Part shown: positions 13,401 through 26,500 of the stretch, piece by piece
Numbering within the stretch: the stretch's first letter is position 1
Layout: every line of letters begins with the position of its first letter
DNA from: Trichinella spiralis
Taxonomy: Eukaryota
Reading direction: 5' to 3'
Assembly: GCF_000181795.1 (NCBI RefSeq)
Contig: NW_003526943.1
Span: 10,660,789 to 10,724,788 of the forward strand
Length of the DNA: 64,000 nt
Translations under genes and position numbers: made by a program
Notes under the pieces: model-generated
Told to the model about the DNA's origin: nothing
Seen by the model: only the letters and a program-made list of their open reading frames with translations
Databases searched by the model: none

Positions 13401-16400
13401 GGTGCAGATGATAAAAAATAATTTTATTTATAAAAAGTACATTAATTATCCTCAACTCAACTCAAAAGCAGTGAGTGAGTGCATTGTGATGCAAGAAAAA
13501 TGAGTGCAAAATAAAAATAAATGACAAATATATTATAGAATTAAAAAAATTCCAAGTGCGTACCATTTTGCATATCAGACAAATTCGATAAAAAAGAACT
13601 TCCAGACTGGAATTCTGGCTTTTGGTCACCCAAAGTTGGTTCCATCAATTCATTCTGCTTATGCGCTTGAATTCAAATTTCACATCAATTTATTTATAAA
13701 GGCATATTTTCACAAATAAATTAATCTGAAAAATAAAATACCTGCAACATTGGTTTCCAATAAACAAACTGATTCATTAGCAATAACAGATTGATTTCTG
13801 TTCAAATTGATAATGTTATTCTCAAACAAAGACGATTCATCTTTCGCATCATGCACAGCATATGAATCTGAAAAAGATCGATTAATAAAAATAAACAAAT
13901 ATATTAAAAAAAATCCAATCTCTTACTTTCAACTTTGCATTCATTCGCATCAAGCAATGATGAATTGGATTTGACATTAATGCCATAAACGTGATCTATC
14001 AATTGAAAAAATATTAATTAATAAAAAAAATTAAACAAAAAATCCATAAAACAACTTTGCTGTTGGACAACTTCCGATCTGGTCATACATTCAAATGCGT
14101 CTGCGTTCTGGTCACTTTGAGCATTCGAAAGTTCTTTGGCACCTAAAATTTTGCATACATTCGTAAAATGTGTAATTTGAAAAAAAATTTTTTACATTCT
14201 TCTTCATCGGATGTTTCACATTCATTTCCACTATCCGATTTGTATTGTTGAAGAAAATTATTCAAAACCAATTTCCTTCTACAGCAAGCTTGAAATTCGA
14301 TCAACGTTTCAATTTCCATTGATAAATTATCACCACTTTCCATTTTATCATTTTCATCCACAACAGCAACTGCACAAGTTTCACCTTGTTCTTTCTCATC
14401 AAATGGCATTTCACCTCCAATGGAATTCTCCTTTTCTTCAATTTTCAATTGTTCATTTTGAACGAGAAGATGCTCGTTGAAATGATCCACATTTGAATAT
14501 TCATGCTGAAAATAGAAAATTATCATATTTACTATTTTTCCATAACAAAGCAAAAATAAACAAATAAACAAACCATTTCAACCGCTTGTTGACAATTTTT
14601 ACGAAGATACGTTTTCCACGCTTTTTGAATAATACAAGCAGCTTGTTGCTCTCGGCGCAAGGCGAACAAAACCGTAGCCAGACTGTTCAAGCACAATATC
14701 CAAACCCGCTCATCGGTGTATTCCAAATTTTGCAGACGATCAAATTCGAAAAAATCTGGCACGTGTCCAATTTCACGAATCTAATAGTATTAAATTTATA
14801 AAAATAAAAAAAAATTATCATGAAATGATCAATAATATTATTTATTTACTGATTTTTGAAACAACATGTGATTTGCTTTTTCGTTTAATTTCAATTCATT
14901 CGGCGGAATGAAAGATTCTCTCGACGTAGTCATGCTCGTCTCAAATTTGATCACATCTACCGGCAGTACAGAAGGCAAATAATAATTTATGGTGCAGCAC
15001 AAAACTCGACCATCAGCAAGTGATAAATTTAAATTATCAACCTATAAAAATTTAGCAATGTTAAAATAATAAATAAATACGTTTATGAATAACCTCTATG
15101 TCGTAGTGTGCAGCAATGCAACCAAGCCAGCAAATGAAAAGTTCCGAAATGGTCATCTTTTTGTGCAGCTTTATGTTCAGCATTTTCTTCGCTTCAGGGG
15201 AATTTTTCATTCGAAGGCTCCTCCTCAGAGAAATAATTTCCGGCATCAGTGGCGATTGAACCACTTCATCCGGAAATTCCAACTAAATTAAATCAATAAT
15301 TTTTATATTTTCATTAAAAAATTTCAAAATAACACCCACTTTGTGCAAAATTAATCTCCACAGCAGAGCCATTATTTTGTCACGATCTCCTCCCACAATG
15401 GACGCGGCATCGACATCTGAAAATTATTCACAATTTATTAATTTAAAAATTTCAACCTCACAACCCGTTCAACCTCCAATATTGATATTGGCCGACATGA
15501 AGTTATCCAAAGCCAATTGGACATTGTGTAATTTCTGAAGTCGGCTAATTGGAGGACCGCGCAAGTTGGTAACTAAACCAGGATTTTCCGTAAACATTGC
15601 GGCAAGTCGCCTATACACAAAAAGAAAAGATTTTTCATGAAGAAAATAAATAAAAAATAAGTAGAAAAATCTTCATCTTCTCTGATCTGATTCACTACAT
15701 GCATTGTAAAAGTTTTCTATTCTAATTTTCATTAAAAGAAAAAACTTACGTAAGAGCAAGTCCATCTCTCAAATCTACGGCAAGATTTTCTATAGCCAGT
15801 GGCTTTTCATCGTACCATGCTTGCTCGTATTTCGGCACGTAACCCACAGCAGCTAAAGTTTTGAACAAGTTTCCTTCGCCACTCAAAATTTCCTTATTCA
15901 ACACCACGAAAATGTCCCTAATTGTCTAATTATTAAAAAAAAAGTTATTATCATTATAATACATATATATTAATGAGAAAAAGTAACCTACCTTATATTT
16001 GGAATTGGGATTAAACAGACAAGGATCTTGCTTAATCAATCGCTTTTGCTTGGCGAAATCAAGAAAAATAAATAAGGACAGAAATTTTTGCAAGAAAAAT
16101 TTACTAATCGCAGGTTGATAATCTAAAGAAAAAAACTCAGCTTTACAATCAATCCATTTAAATGTAGGATGAAATAAAATCAAATACCATTCTTGTAGAT
16201 GTTGCGCACATGAGCAATACCGTATTGCTTAAGTAGCTCGGGATCGCTCAGCATACGGAAGCGAATAAAACTGATCAAACCACGAACTGTGCAGTCGCCA
16301 TGCAATTGAATAATTTCTGAATACACAACTTCCAGACCAATACGAAGCCATAACGGATGTACAGACAGCAATAGATTGGTGATGAATCTCATTATTCCTA

Positions 16401-17699
16401 AAAAAATTATATGAATAAAATTAGAACTGCAGCAGTTTGTAATGCAAAAGAAGAAAACCTTGATCACGATGGATGGCAACATCACGACGAACCAGAATTT
16501 TGCCTTTCTCAACAGCTTGACATACTCGATAAACCACTGACCTGACTTCACAAAAAGCTTTGCTAGCGCTCAAACGAAGCAAATTTAATTGTTGAACAGC
16601 CGCGTATTGCTTCAAAGAAACTCTACGTTGAGCAGCAGCTTTCGGCGAGACATTTGCTGACGATGAAGAAAAAATTTTTTTCAAGTTTACTTAAAAAAAC
16701 ATTATTAATAATAATAAAATTAGTTTCACATCGTATTCACTTTACAAAGCATACCTTGCGTTGCTTCGCTGTTAGAATCGTCCGTAATGAAATCTTGGGT
16801 CAAAAGATGATTCAAAAATGTTGTAAACACATGTTCCACGAAAGGAAGCTTAAAATTTGCATCCTTACGAACCGACTGCTGAGAATTATGATTTGCTAAA
16901 ACAATGATTTGAAAACGATCAACTTCATCAAACATCCAATAGCAACAAGAAACCTTGAATTCTGTTTGGCCTTGCGCTAAGTTTCTCTGATTCAAACTCA
17001 CGTCCCATTTTTACGTTTGACTTTATCGCACTTGTCTTTGGAATTCGTTGCATACACAGAGGCAGTTTCTTCTAAAATTCACACAAATTAAGCTTATAAT
17101 GGACAAAAATCAATTTCGCTTATTTAAATGCAATCAAAGTTGACTCAAAACATATTTGAAGGTCATCTGATAGATGAAAAGAAGAAAATTTCGAAAAAAA
17201 CACCAATTGAAAACAAACCTGCTTGAGCGAAATCTCTTGAGGCAAAACACAACTACCAACCAAAGTGGCTCGTAACCAATAGCGGATCGGCACATCCACG
17301 TATTCATCTTCGTCGGATGGGAACATTGTCACTTTCAAAGGAAGAGAGAGTCGAAAATTTCCCGTCTCTGTGGGCTTCCATTTAACCACGCACTCAATTT
17401 CGCCTTTCGCAGGAACAAGCGCTGCTTCATTATCAACACTAAATTAAATTCAAAAAAACCAATTAATCATACAATAATTTTGAAACTGAACAAATTCACC
17501 TAATGTCAGTTCTGTTCACTGATGAAAAGTCGAAGAAAAACTGTTGGTCACACTGTTTGTTGTTGACGACAAGAAACGACTGTTGGGCTGTTTTACCAAA
17601 AGTGACCGATCCAAAACTCAAAATAGCAGTCCGAGAAAAATGAGTAAGTTCAAGACGAACGGGCGATTGCGACGGACTGTACAAAGCATACGATGCCAT
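10478..17699 (-). CDS. ASPM: Abnormal spindle-like microcephaly-associated protein (ASPM/Asp) homolog, many exons
   Basis: N-terminal ASH-like exon (LELTHFSRTAILSFGSV), FTTFLNHLL, LLLSVHPLWLRIGLEVVY (Asp signature), calponin-homology segments (NLAVDLRDGL, IVGGDRDKIMALLWRL), IQ motifs (AACIIQKAWKTYLRK) and a C-terminal region (LVNRLNRS, IYFKDTKPSDTFC). GT-AG introns were traced. Stop at 10478-10480. Confidence 0.88.
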
Positions 17700-18879
17700 C
17701 GCTGGAAATCAACAAACGTTCAACTTCAGTTCAAATGGCGAAAACTTCAACTAAATTTAAACAAAACACTAACACAATAATAAAAAGCAATAAATACTTT
17801 AAATTGACGTTGATTTTGAACAAAAAAAAGTTTAAACTTGCTGCCAACCAATTTGTAAACAACACGGACTAAAGAACTAGCAGAACAATGAATAAGTAGG
17901 TTAGCGCTTCAAAATTACAGTTGGAAATGAAAATCAGGCAACAACAAGCAATTTTCACTACAATAGGATTTTTGTCCACAACATTATTCTATTAAATATA
18001 TTAATAAATTATATTTTTATTTAATTGAATATTTTTTATGAATTCTTATAATGGTTTAATTCACAAAAAAGTAAATCCTGATTTACACAACTTTCTAATA
18101 CTGCATGTAACGATTGAAAGTGAACTGATACATGAAAAAGGGGCTGAAGTATATGTTGAGCAGACATCATTTGATAAAAATATAAAATAAATATTTAATA
18201 TTCATGATGATTGGATGAAATTTTCTTTTGACAGCAATTCATGTGCATTCTCACAATTTCTATTCAAAACTGACGACTACAGTAAACAGCCAAGTGTCAT
18301 CATTGAAGCAGAGTAAGCTGGAATTGCAAATTTGTCACCAGCGGTTGTCCTGTACAGCGCGAGGTTTTCCTTGGTGTAATTTATCATTCAACAGGGTTGA
18401 AACATAATTTGTGAAAAATTAAAAGTTGTGTGTATGATTCCAATATAAATTTTCAGAAAACTTATTATACTTGTCTCTGCATTAAACACGAATTTATTAA
18501 TTAATTAAATTATTAATAAATTGAGTTTTTTCAGTTGTTTATAGCCAACAGATCAATCAACAGTCATAAAAATATACTTTGACAAATCAGTATCTCGCTA
18601 GAATTGATCTCATCTTTATTCTGTTTTATTGGGTGAAAAAGTTTAAGCCGTATATGTCAATAAAAAGCATATACATTTAAATGAATCAAATTTGAATCAA
18701 ATCGAAATATAAGACAAACAAAAATCTTACCCAAATGGGAGAAAGTGAGCAAAAGTTTGTCGCATATAAAACAAGAAATATTTATTAAAATTTTATTGTG
18801 ATTAAAATTCCATTTTACCCTAGAAGTGTACAAAGCTTGTACATTAATAAAGATAACAGTTGCACGCTTTGAAAATATT

Positions 18880-18951
18880 TGCCTGCGCAGGGAGTCGAAC
18901 CCTGATCTTTACGTTAAAAGCGTAACGCTCCACCAATTCAGCTACACAGGC
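18880..18951 (-). tRNA. tRNA-Lys, anticodon TTT (divergent)
   Basis: Minus strand folds as a cloverleaf: acceptor GCCTGTG/CGCAGGC, anticodon arm TTACG-CTTTTAA-CGTAA, T arm CAGGG-TTCGACT-CCCTG. A TTTT Pol III terminator follows a few nt downstream. Confidence 0.85.
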
Positions 18952-18986
18952 TTACGTTTAATTCGTTTTTAATTTATATTTATAAG

Positions 18987-19603
18987 TAAATCCCGGATTT
19001 TGCCATATATGCCTTTTTCTGCCTTTTTTGATGATTTTTCCATGATATTGCCTTTTTATGCCTTTTCTGATAATTTTTACATGAAATAGCTTTTTTTATA
19101 ATTCAATGCAAAATTCAACTTTGCCCAGTGTTATGTACCCAGTGTAGGTGAAGACTTACAAAGAATGTTGTGATAAACTGATTTCAGCTAACAAAGATCT
19201 TAAAGAAATACAATGCATAGCAGAATTGTTCAAAGGAAAATCCAATGCACAACTTATTGGCATGAATATTGAGTCTGCGGTTTGTTTCAAATATGCACCA
19301 GTGACCTCAGCTGAGGTGGAAAGAAAGTTTTTGCAGTTAAAGTATATTCTTCCAGACAGACGACATAGTTTAACACCAGATAATTTGAAAAAAAAATGCT
19401 TGTAATTATGCGCAACCAGACAAGATAAACCATATTTGTACACTTGAAACTTGTAATATGGTACCATTTCCACCGTATTTAAGAAATAGAAATATTTGCC
19501 TTTTTTTAAATAAATGCCTTTTTACTGTTTTTTTGTAATTTTATTTTTCCTTTTTTGCCTGCCTATTTCAGAGTTTTTTTAGTGCCTAAACATCCGGGCT
19601 CTA
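18987..19603 (+). mobile_element. Non-autonomous hAT DNA transposon (internal deletion derivative, 617 bp) retaining the transposase C-terminal dimerisation fragment
   Basis: Imperfect TIRs TAAATCCCGGAT (18987) and ATCCGGGCTCTA (ending 19603). Degenerate 8-bp TSD TTTATAAG (18979-18986) / ATTATAAC (19604-19611). Repeated GCCTTTT subterminal motifs at both ends. ORF 19148-19405 has APVTSAEVERKF...ILPDRRHSLTPDNL, matching the hAT dimerisation-domain pattern. Confidence 0.85.
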
Positions 19604-20232
19604 ATTATAACAAATAAAGGTGACTTTTACATTATAAATAATATTGCGCGCAGTTGATTTCTCAGTATGTTGCAGAGAGTGAATTTCTTTTACTAAAGCA
19701 GGCAATTCAAGCTTCAAACAATAAAACGTTCAAAATCTTAGTCGTCCAAGAAGAAGATGATAAATTTTTAAAAAATACCAAATGTTTTACTTGTAGAGTT
19801 TTCATATAACGCACAACGCCATTTTTTGTTGATATTTATTTATTGAGATATCAATTTAGTTTAAATATATCGCCCAAATTTTACAAAATATATTAAAATT
19901 AAAAAAAACATTCAGTTCACTTACTTGCACATTGCTACATGCAAACAATTACCAATTTAAATAAAGCAAAGTGCAAAAAAGAAAATAAAGAAAAACAACA
20001 ACAACAACAATAATAATAATAATCATGCTGCATTTGGATTATTTGTTCACAACAACAAAGCAGGCAGTATGTGGTGAAACAAATATGAGCAAAATTTTGT
20101 CCATCATTGATTATTCAACTCGAAAAAAAGAGGCTTAAATAGAAAAGAATGGGAAAGAGGGGACATTTTTCACATGGCTACATGCAGGCAGGCATGTGGA
20201 CGTCAAGGGGTGGAATTCGAAAAATTCTCTTG

Positions 20233-21132
20233 TCAACGCTTCATCTCCCCGGCTCTTCTGCCTTGCAATCGTTGCTGTGGGACATTCGCATGCGTGACGT
20301 GTTCGTCTTTCAGACGAGCTTCGTGGGACAATGCAGCGGTCGGTGCCAAAAAGGCAAAAGTACCTCTGGAACATTTGTTCGCATAATGACCCTTGTCGCC
20401 ACATTTGTAGCAAGTGACGTCTTGCAGGGGTCGTCGTGTTTGGTCAGAAGGGGCGGCTTGGAAGTTGCGCCCGAATGGAGGAAGGTTGGTGTGCAATCCT
20501 TCACCGGATGTCAAATTTGGGCAGGAACTAACTTTGTGCCCAATTTCACCGCAGTGGTGGCAGACGATGAAATTCGACTGCTGCTTGCGCTGGGACGAAA
20601 TGTCGGCGTTGGGCAGGTCGAAGTTGGGATGTGAGCGCAGACATTTCGGTCCGTCAGGGCAGAAGCCGTTCAAAAATGACAAACACATCACCCGACGCCG
20701 GTGTCGATTTTTGCAATGGGGGCCGTGCCTGCAGAATCCACGGTCGTACCATGGACAATCTTTCAGCTTGCTTTCCGGGTCGATGTGCCTGAACGGGCAC
20801 TCCTTGTTGCTGCAGGCGTTGTATTTGGAGTAGAAAAAGCACTCGGGCATTTTGCTCACATCGTATTCGTGCAAAAATTCACACTGGTCCCCCTTTTTGC
20901 ACAGACCCCTGAGCCAGTGCTTGCAGACGATGCTTTTGTCGCCGCTGACGTGGCGCAGTGGACACAAAGTGCCCAGGCGACAAGTGGACACGCGAAAAAA
21001 GGTGCACATCGCCGAGCCGGTCTTGTCCATACCGGGAAACGGCAGCGGTTGTAAGCCTTGTTGCGATTGCAACGATTTTTCCACTTCAAACACAACATCG
21101 GACGCATTGTTCAGCCGTTCCAAATACGACAT
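20233..21132 (-). CDS. CPSF4: Cleavage and polyadenylation specificity factor subunit 4 (CPSF30/Clipper), intronless CDS
   Basis: Five CCCH zinc fingers (VCKHWLRGLCKKGDQCEFLHEYD, CPWYDRGFCRHGPHCKNRH) and two CCHC knuckles (CHHCGEIGHKVSSC, CYKCGDKGHYANKC). A TTTCAG acceptor lies 15 nt upstream of the ATG. Confidence 0.95.
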   Translation of the reverse strand: MSYLERLNNASDVVFEVEKSLQSQQGLQPLPFPGMDKTGSAMCTFFRVSTCRLGTLCPLRHVSGDKSIVCKHWLRGLCKKGDQCEFLHEYDVSKMPECFFYSKYNACSNKECPFRHIDPESKLKDCPWYDRGFCRHGPHCKNRHRRRVMCLSFLNGFCPDGPKCLRSHPNFDLPNADISSQRKQQSNFIVCHHCGEIGHKVSSCPNLTSGEGLHTNLPPFGRNFQAAPSDQTRRPLQDVTCYKCGDKGHYANKCSRGTFAFLAPTAALSHEARLKDEHVTHANVPQQRLQGRRAGEMKR

Positions 21133-23483
21133 CTTGACTGACCAAATCTGAAAGCAAAATTATTCACTATCTATCAAATATCTGTATTAAATATTTTCAA
21201 ACAACACTACAAGACAGATACTTTCATAAAAATAAAAAAACGGAATACAAAAAACCGACTGTTTTTCAAAATTAAAAAAAATGAACCAATTTAATTTTCA
21301 AGTTAATGATACCATAAGACAAACAACAAATTTGATTCATGCTTTTTTGAAAAACAAATTGTAAAATAATACTTCAAAAATATTCTATATTTATTTTCAT
21401 TATAAAATAAACTAAAAAAAGAATTTTTCATTTTTTATTTTCACAATTTCTATTGCAAATCCCAACTTGCATATTTTCAAAACTTTCGAAAATTTCAAAA
21501 CAAACCGCTCCTTCCACAGTCATATTTATTGTGAACAACACTATATGTGTCATACATCTGGAAGACAATGAATCATAAATACCCACATTAGCAGAAACTG
21601 TTAACTATGCCGTCATTTTACCAAATTCTGTTTACTGACGCAATGCAAAGGTTCCTTTGTAAATTCAAACATTTTACTTCACATAACTGTACACTTTCGG
21701 TACATGTCATCGATCATGAACAATTTTCATTCATACTTTCGACACAAGTGGAAAAACAAAAACGAAAAAAACAGAATCAACTGTTGCTGATGAACAGTTC
21801 GCTTTTCCGAATTCAAAACCTGCATGGCAATGCAGCTGTTTCACCTGTAAAAATTAGCTGAAAATCATTTTTTCAACTATAGATATAACAACTGAACTTG
21901 TAAAATATTAACAATGATATAAGTAACTTTTGTTAACATTGCGTTAAAAAGATCTGATTTCAAAATGATTTACTTTACACACAAGCAAGTTATGTTATGA
22001 AGTACAATGTTATTTTCTAATTTACGATTTTCGGTAATTCTAATTTACGAAAGTCTGCAGCGACATTAAAAAATACACAAAAAATAACCAGATGAGTTTC
22101 AGCATGAATGACAAATGTTCATGTTCGTAATTTTAATGTTTCAAATAAAACGATATCAATAGCTGCACGGTCATTGAGAATTTTATTGCGATGTTCTGCG
22201 GCAATCAATTAACGAAAAACACAGAAAGTGTCATTTAAAATATATCCCACGTGCAGGATAATGAAAGATAATATTTTTCGGCAACATAAGCATTGAAGTA
22301 ACAATTCCAAATCGTTGACACATCAGATTACAAAAATATGAACAAAGTCGGCTGCCTGAAAGAAAAATCTGCAAAACAAATATAATTTTATACATATACA
22401 CACATGTATACATATATATATATTTTTCAAAATATGTACCAGACGAATAAGTGAAATGATGACAAAAATTGGCATTATTGATATTACACATAACTAAATA
22501 AAATTACATTTATATTATAAAATGAATACTTACTTGAAACGACAACAATTTTCAAGATCGAATTTGGATTATATAACGTAATAACTGAATCTTTTAGAAG
22601 AATTTATTCCAATGAAAATATAACAATACAAAAAACTGTTGAAAATATTAATTTCGTGGCAACTATTTCATACTGTACTGTAAAAAGTATTCAAGAGTAA
22701 ATTGTTTTTTATGTGAAAACAGGTAAAAACGTTTTCAGCTGCAAAAATTTGCTAAAGTAAAATATAGTAAAAATACAATATTATTATTAAATTTTTAAAG
22801 TAAATTACAATTTATATTTTGAATCATTTATTCTTCATCGAGGAAAAATTGCAGTATTAACATTATGCTTCCTTCTAATTTTAACAAATCATTTCAAATT
22901 CTTTTTCATGTGTAATACATTTTTTAAATAATAATTATTTCTTATTTAAATGATAAAAGTTATAAATTTCTATTATATTTTGGAGAGATGAGAAAAAATT
23001 TTAGTGAAGAATGTTTGGTTGTTGTCGAGATTGTAATTAGCGGAGATTTTATGACTCTTTTATGTTGAAATTTGTGGGTCAAAACTGATTTTATTGACAC
23101 AATTACAACATTGTTAATACGTTACCAAGTTGCCCAAAGCGTCTACAGGATAATATCAATCCTGCTAGATTAGTATTGTAAATAAATAAAACGAAATATT
23201 TGTGCTGCAAAATCAAGCCGTCAATTTGGAAAAGGGCAATGAGCAAGGGTACGCTGAAAAGCAAAGAATTTTTAAGTTATTTGTTAAAAATTGTTTTTTC
23301 AACGAGTTCATTTGAGCAATTTTCACAAAATATGCGCACTAGTAGGACAGTTGTCTGTGTGTTTTCAAGGATAGTATTTCACGTTTGATCGAACTGTTGT
23401 CGGTAGTGGGATTTAGCCTGAAAACTACATTAATCCTTTAAACCACGATATTTTCTCGTTGTTGTTATTTTGTAGTCACCATC

Positions 23484-23502
23484 GTGTGTGTGTGTGTGTG
23501 TG
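23484..23502. repeat. (GT)n microsatellite
   Basis: About 9 GT units read directly. Confidence 0.9.
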
Positions 23503-26500
23503 ACAGTAAAGTATGCCGTTTGCTGTTTATCATTGCAGTCAACTCTTAACCATAGCAGGACAGTTCTATTCAATCTGTTAACAATTATTTAACATGGAAT
23601 TATTACGACTGCGATTAAAACAACAATTTGAACAATATTTGAATTGGCGCTCAATTTGAATACAGTCCGCTAAACATGCGTAAACTGGGAAAATTGAATG
23701 AAGTTTTAAGAATGACTTCGATGTGGATTTTTTTATTTTCAAATCATTGCAGCTGCATTTTTTGCAATGAATTTTTAAAAATAATTTACTATCTTCTCAC
23801 TTTTCCAATTACACTTTATTCACTTTAATTTCGCTGCGAGAAGTAAATTCTGTACAGAAGTTTCCAAAAAATTAAGTTCAAAATTGAAATTTATGTACAT
23901 TTTAAGCTTCAGACTATATTAATTTAAAATGTTTTTGCAATCACAAAAGATGTACGAAAAGTATGCAAAGAAGAGCAGTTGTTCTTATTACTGAATAGTT
24001 AAAAGATTTATCAACGAAATACACTTTTATAATATTCAGAATATCAAATCAAGCGTTTAAACTAAATAATTTAAATTAGTTGTAAGCATTTCTGTTAATC
24101 CAATGCTATTTGCTTCAGGTGTTAAAGATGATAAATCTTTTGTTTTGCAATATTTACTTCTACAATATGACTACGATTTACCATGCTACTAATTTACTTT
24201 TTAATCTACTGATTAATTATTTGTCTTATGAAATGAAACATGGAAATGGTTGAGCAATTTTTAAAATAACAATGTATTTGCACTGTCGAATATTTACGTT
24301 GTTTTTTTTTATTGAAATTATAACCTTGATTATTTCCTAGGCTATCAATACTGTTTTCAGTTCTGTTATTTGGTCAAAAAAAGAAAAGCAATGTGCAAAT
24401 TTTGTTTATTGTATTTTTTGTAAATAACATGTTGAAGAAACAACAACTTTTAAAAAATATTTACTATGTCAATATTTTCAATCAGTTAAGCTTATCAGTA
24501 AACTTTTTTGCTAACAATCAATTTCTTTGCTCGTTTAAGCACTAATCAAATTTCAGCACTAAAATTAGAGTGAGGCTTAGCTGTTGTATTTCAAAGTCGA
24601 ATAATGTTATTATCTATCGGCAGAAATATTTTATTTGAGCATATTTCTCTAGTCATAAAGCATACATTGCAAAGCCAGCTTATTTATCAGTCTGCCAGCT
24701 GCAGAAATGTACCGTCGGCTGTAAAACTTGGAACACCGTCAAGTAAGATGTGCAAAGTTAGTGTTTAAGAAAAAATGATCGATTTTTATTAAATTTTTGT
24801 ATTATATATTTTTTAAATATGTTCAATCACATTTCAAATTATTTTAGATTTTGATGTTTTTCATGCACGCATAATGCAATAACAATTAATTGTTTGTTGA
24901 TTAATAAGACAGTTTTTAGAAGACTTTACCTGTTAATTAGTGTCTTTTCCGTGTTTTATGATGCATGGTTGTTAATTAATTTTTCAAATTGAAATGTGAG
25001 CAATAAAGATATCCAAACATGGCAACCTACACGTGAGAAATTAGAACCAAAATATTATGAAACACAAACTGTAATTAACTATTAAAATATTTAAACGGAA
25101 TTTACGTTTTATTTGAAAAACATGTATAAGTTTTCCGTTACTATCATCTTTGGAAATCAACCTTAATAAAAAACAGAATTTATATGATAATGAAATTAAT
25201 TTTTGAAAAAATGATTAAATGCAAATCATACTGTTCAAAATTATAAATTGTATTTGGAAGCAAAAAATGTTGTTGTGAACTATCTTGCTATGAAATCTCA
25301 TTTATTTTTCTGTTCATACGTCAAATGAGCTTGTCAAATTCATTTTCTATTCCATTCATTATTAGGCATCATCATTTATTTAATTGATCTACTCAATTCA
25401 CACAACTGGTGAATAATAACAAATAACATATTTTAATTGTTACGTTTGAAGCTAATAAGCTAAATAAAACGGATCATCATGGATACATAAAGGAATCATC
25501 CATCTTTCAGCTGCTACTTTATTTCAATATTCATAACACGAATCATCTATTTTCATTACTTATTGTTGAGGTACGTTCTGTTTTGTAATTTTCATAAATT
25601 TGAATATTTTTGATTTTCAATAATTTTAACTAGAGAAGTTTAATCTTTTGTTACTTTTTGAAAATGATTTCATATTTCATCAAATAACTTTCAACGCTAT
25701 AAACTTTAAAATAATTCATATAAGAAATATCAAGTGAAAATAGCACATAATAAGATAGTGTTATACTGATACTGCATTAACTTATTAGCAGATGACAGAG
25801 GATTTGTTTTCTTGCATTAGTATATTTTACAACTTGCTCATTTACTTTATTCATTCATCGTTAATATGAAAGACTGTGAATAAAACAACAAAGAAAAGAT
25901 ATTATTGGATAGGGTAACGTTTCTGCTATATGCAGTGGAAAGTAAAAAGAATTTGTGAAGAACATCATTTGTATTTATTCATATTCAAAAGTGAAGTTTA
26001 ATAGTAATTTATTTTTGCATATCTCTTTGGAAATCACAATCGCGTAATAGAAATTTATATATATTTTTTTGAAACAAGCGATTGTATCTGCTTAATTTTT
26101 TACAAACTTTTCAATAATGAATTTCTAGCTGATAAATGAATTTTTTTTCTTGTTATTATTCAATCAACTTTACCTTAATGCATAAATTTCAGCAAAAGCA
26201 ATTTGTAAAATGCAAATGACAAAAAAATTGTCGTTTTGCTGTTTAGCATTCAAACATATTACCATAATTCTTAGCAAAGAGTGATTTTTTACAATTTCTT
26301 GACAAGACATGAATTTTGGACTTTTAATATATTTTTATTTTTGCTTTGCAAAATATTATTCCCTTTATTTTCTAAAAAATTATATTCAATTCCAAATATA
26401 ATCATACAGTATTACAGTATCATCAAATTGCCAAAAATGACAAATTATCATGAAGAATCGATAGTCTGATTTGAAATTTTGACATTTTTCTCAAAAAATA

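Noticed and set aside
18230..18415. Loose U1 snRNA-like words (GCGAGG, ATAATTTGTG) and a roughly 57-codon open frame
   Set aside because: No ACTTAC 5' end, no loop II or terminal stem match, and the peptide is unrecognisable.
20135..21151. Many overlapping and antisense ORFs over CPSF4
   Set aside because: Expected from the local high GC (few stop codons). None shows recognisable motifs.
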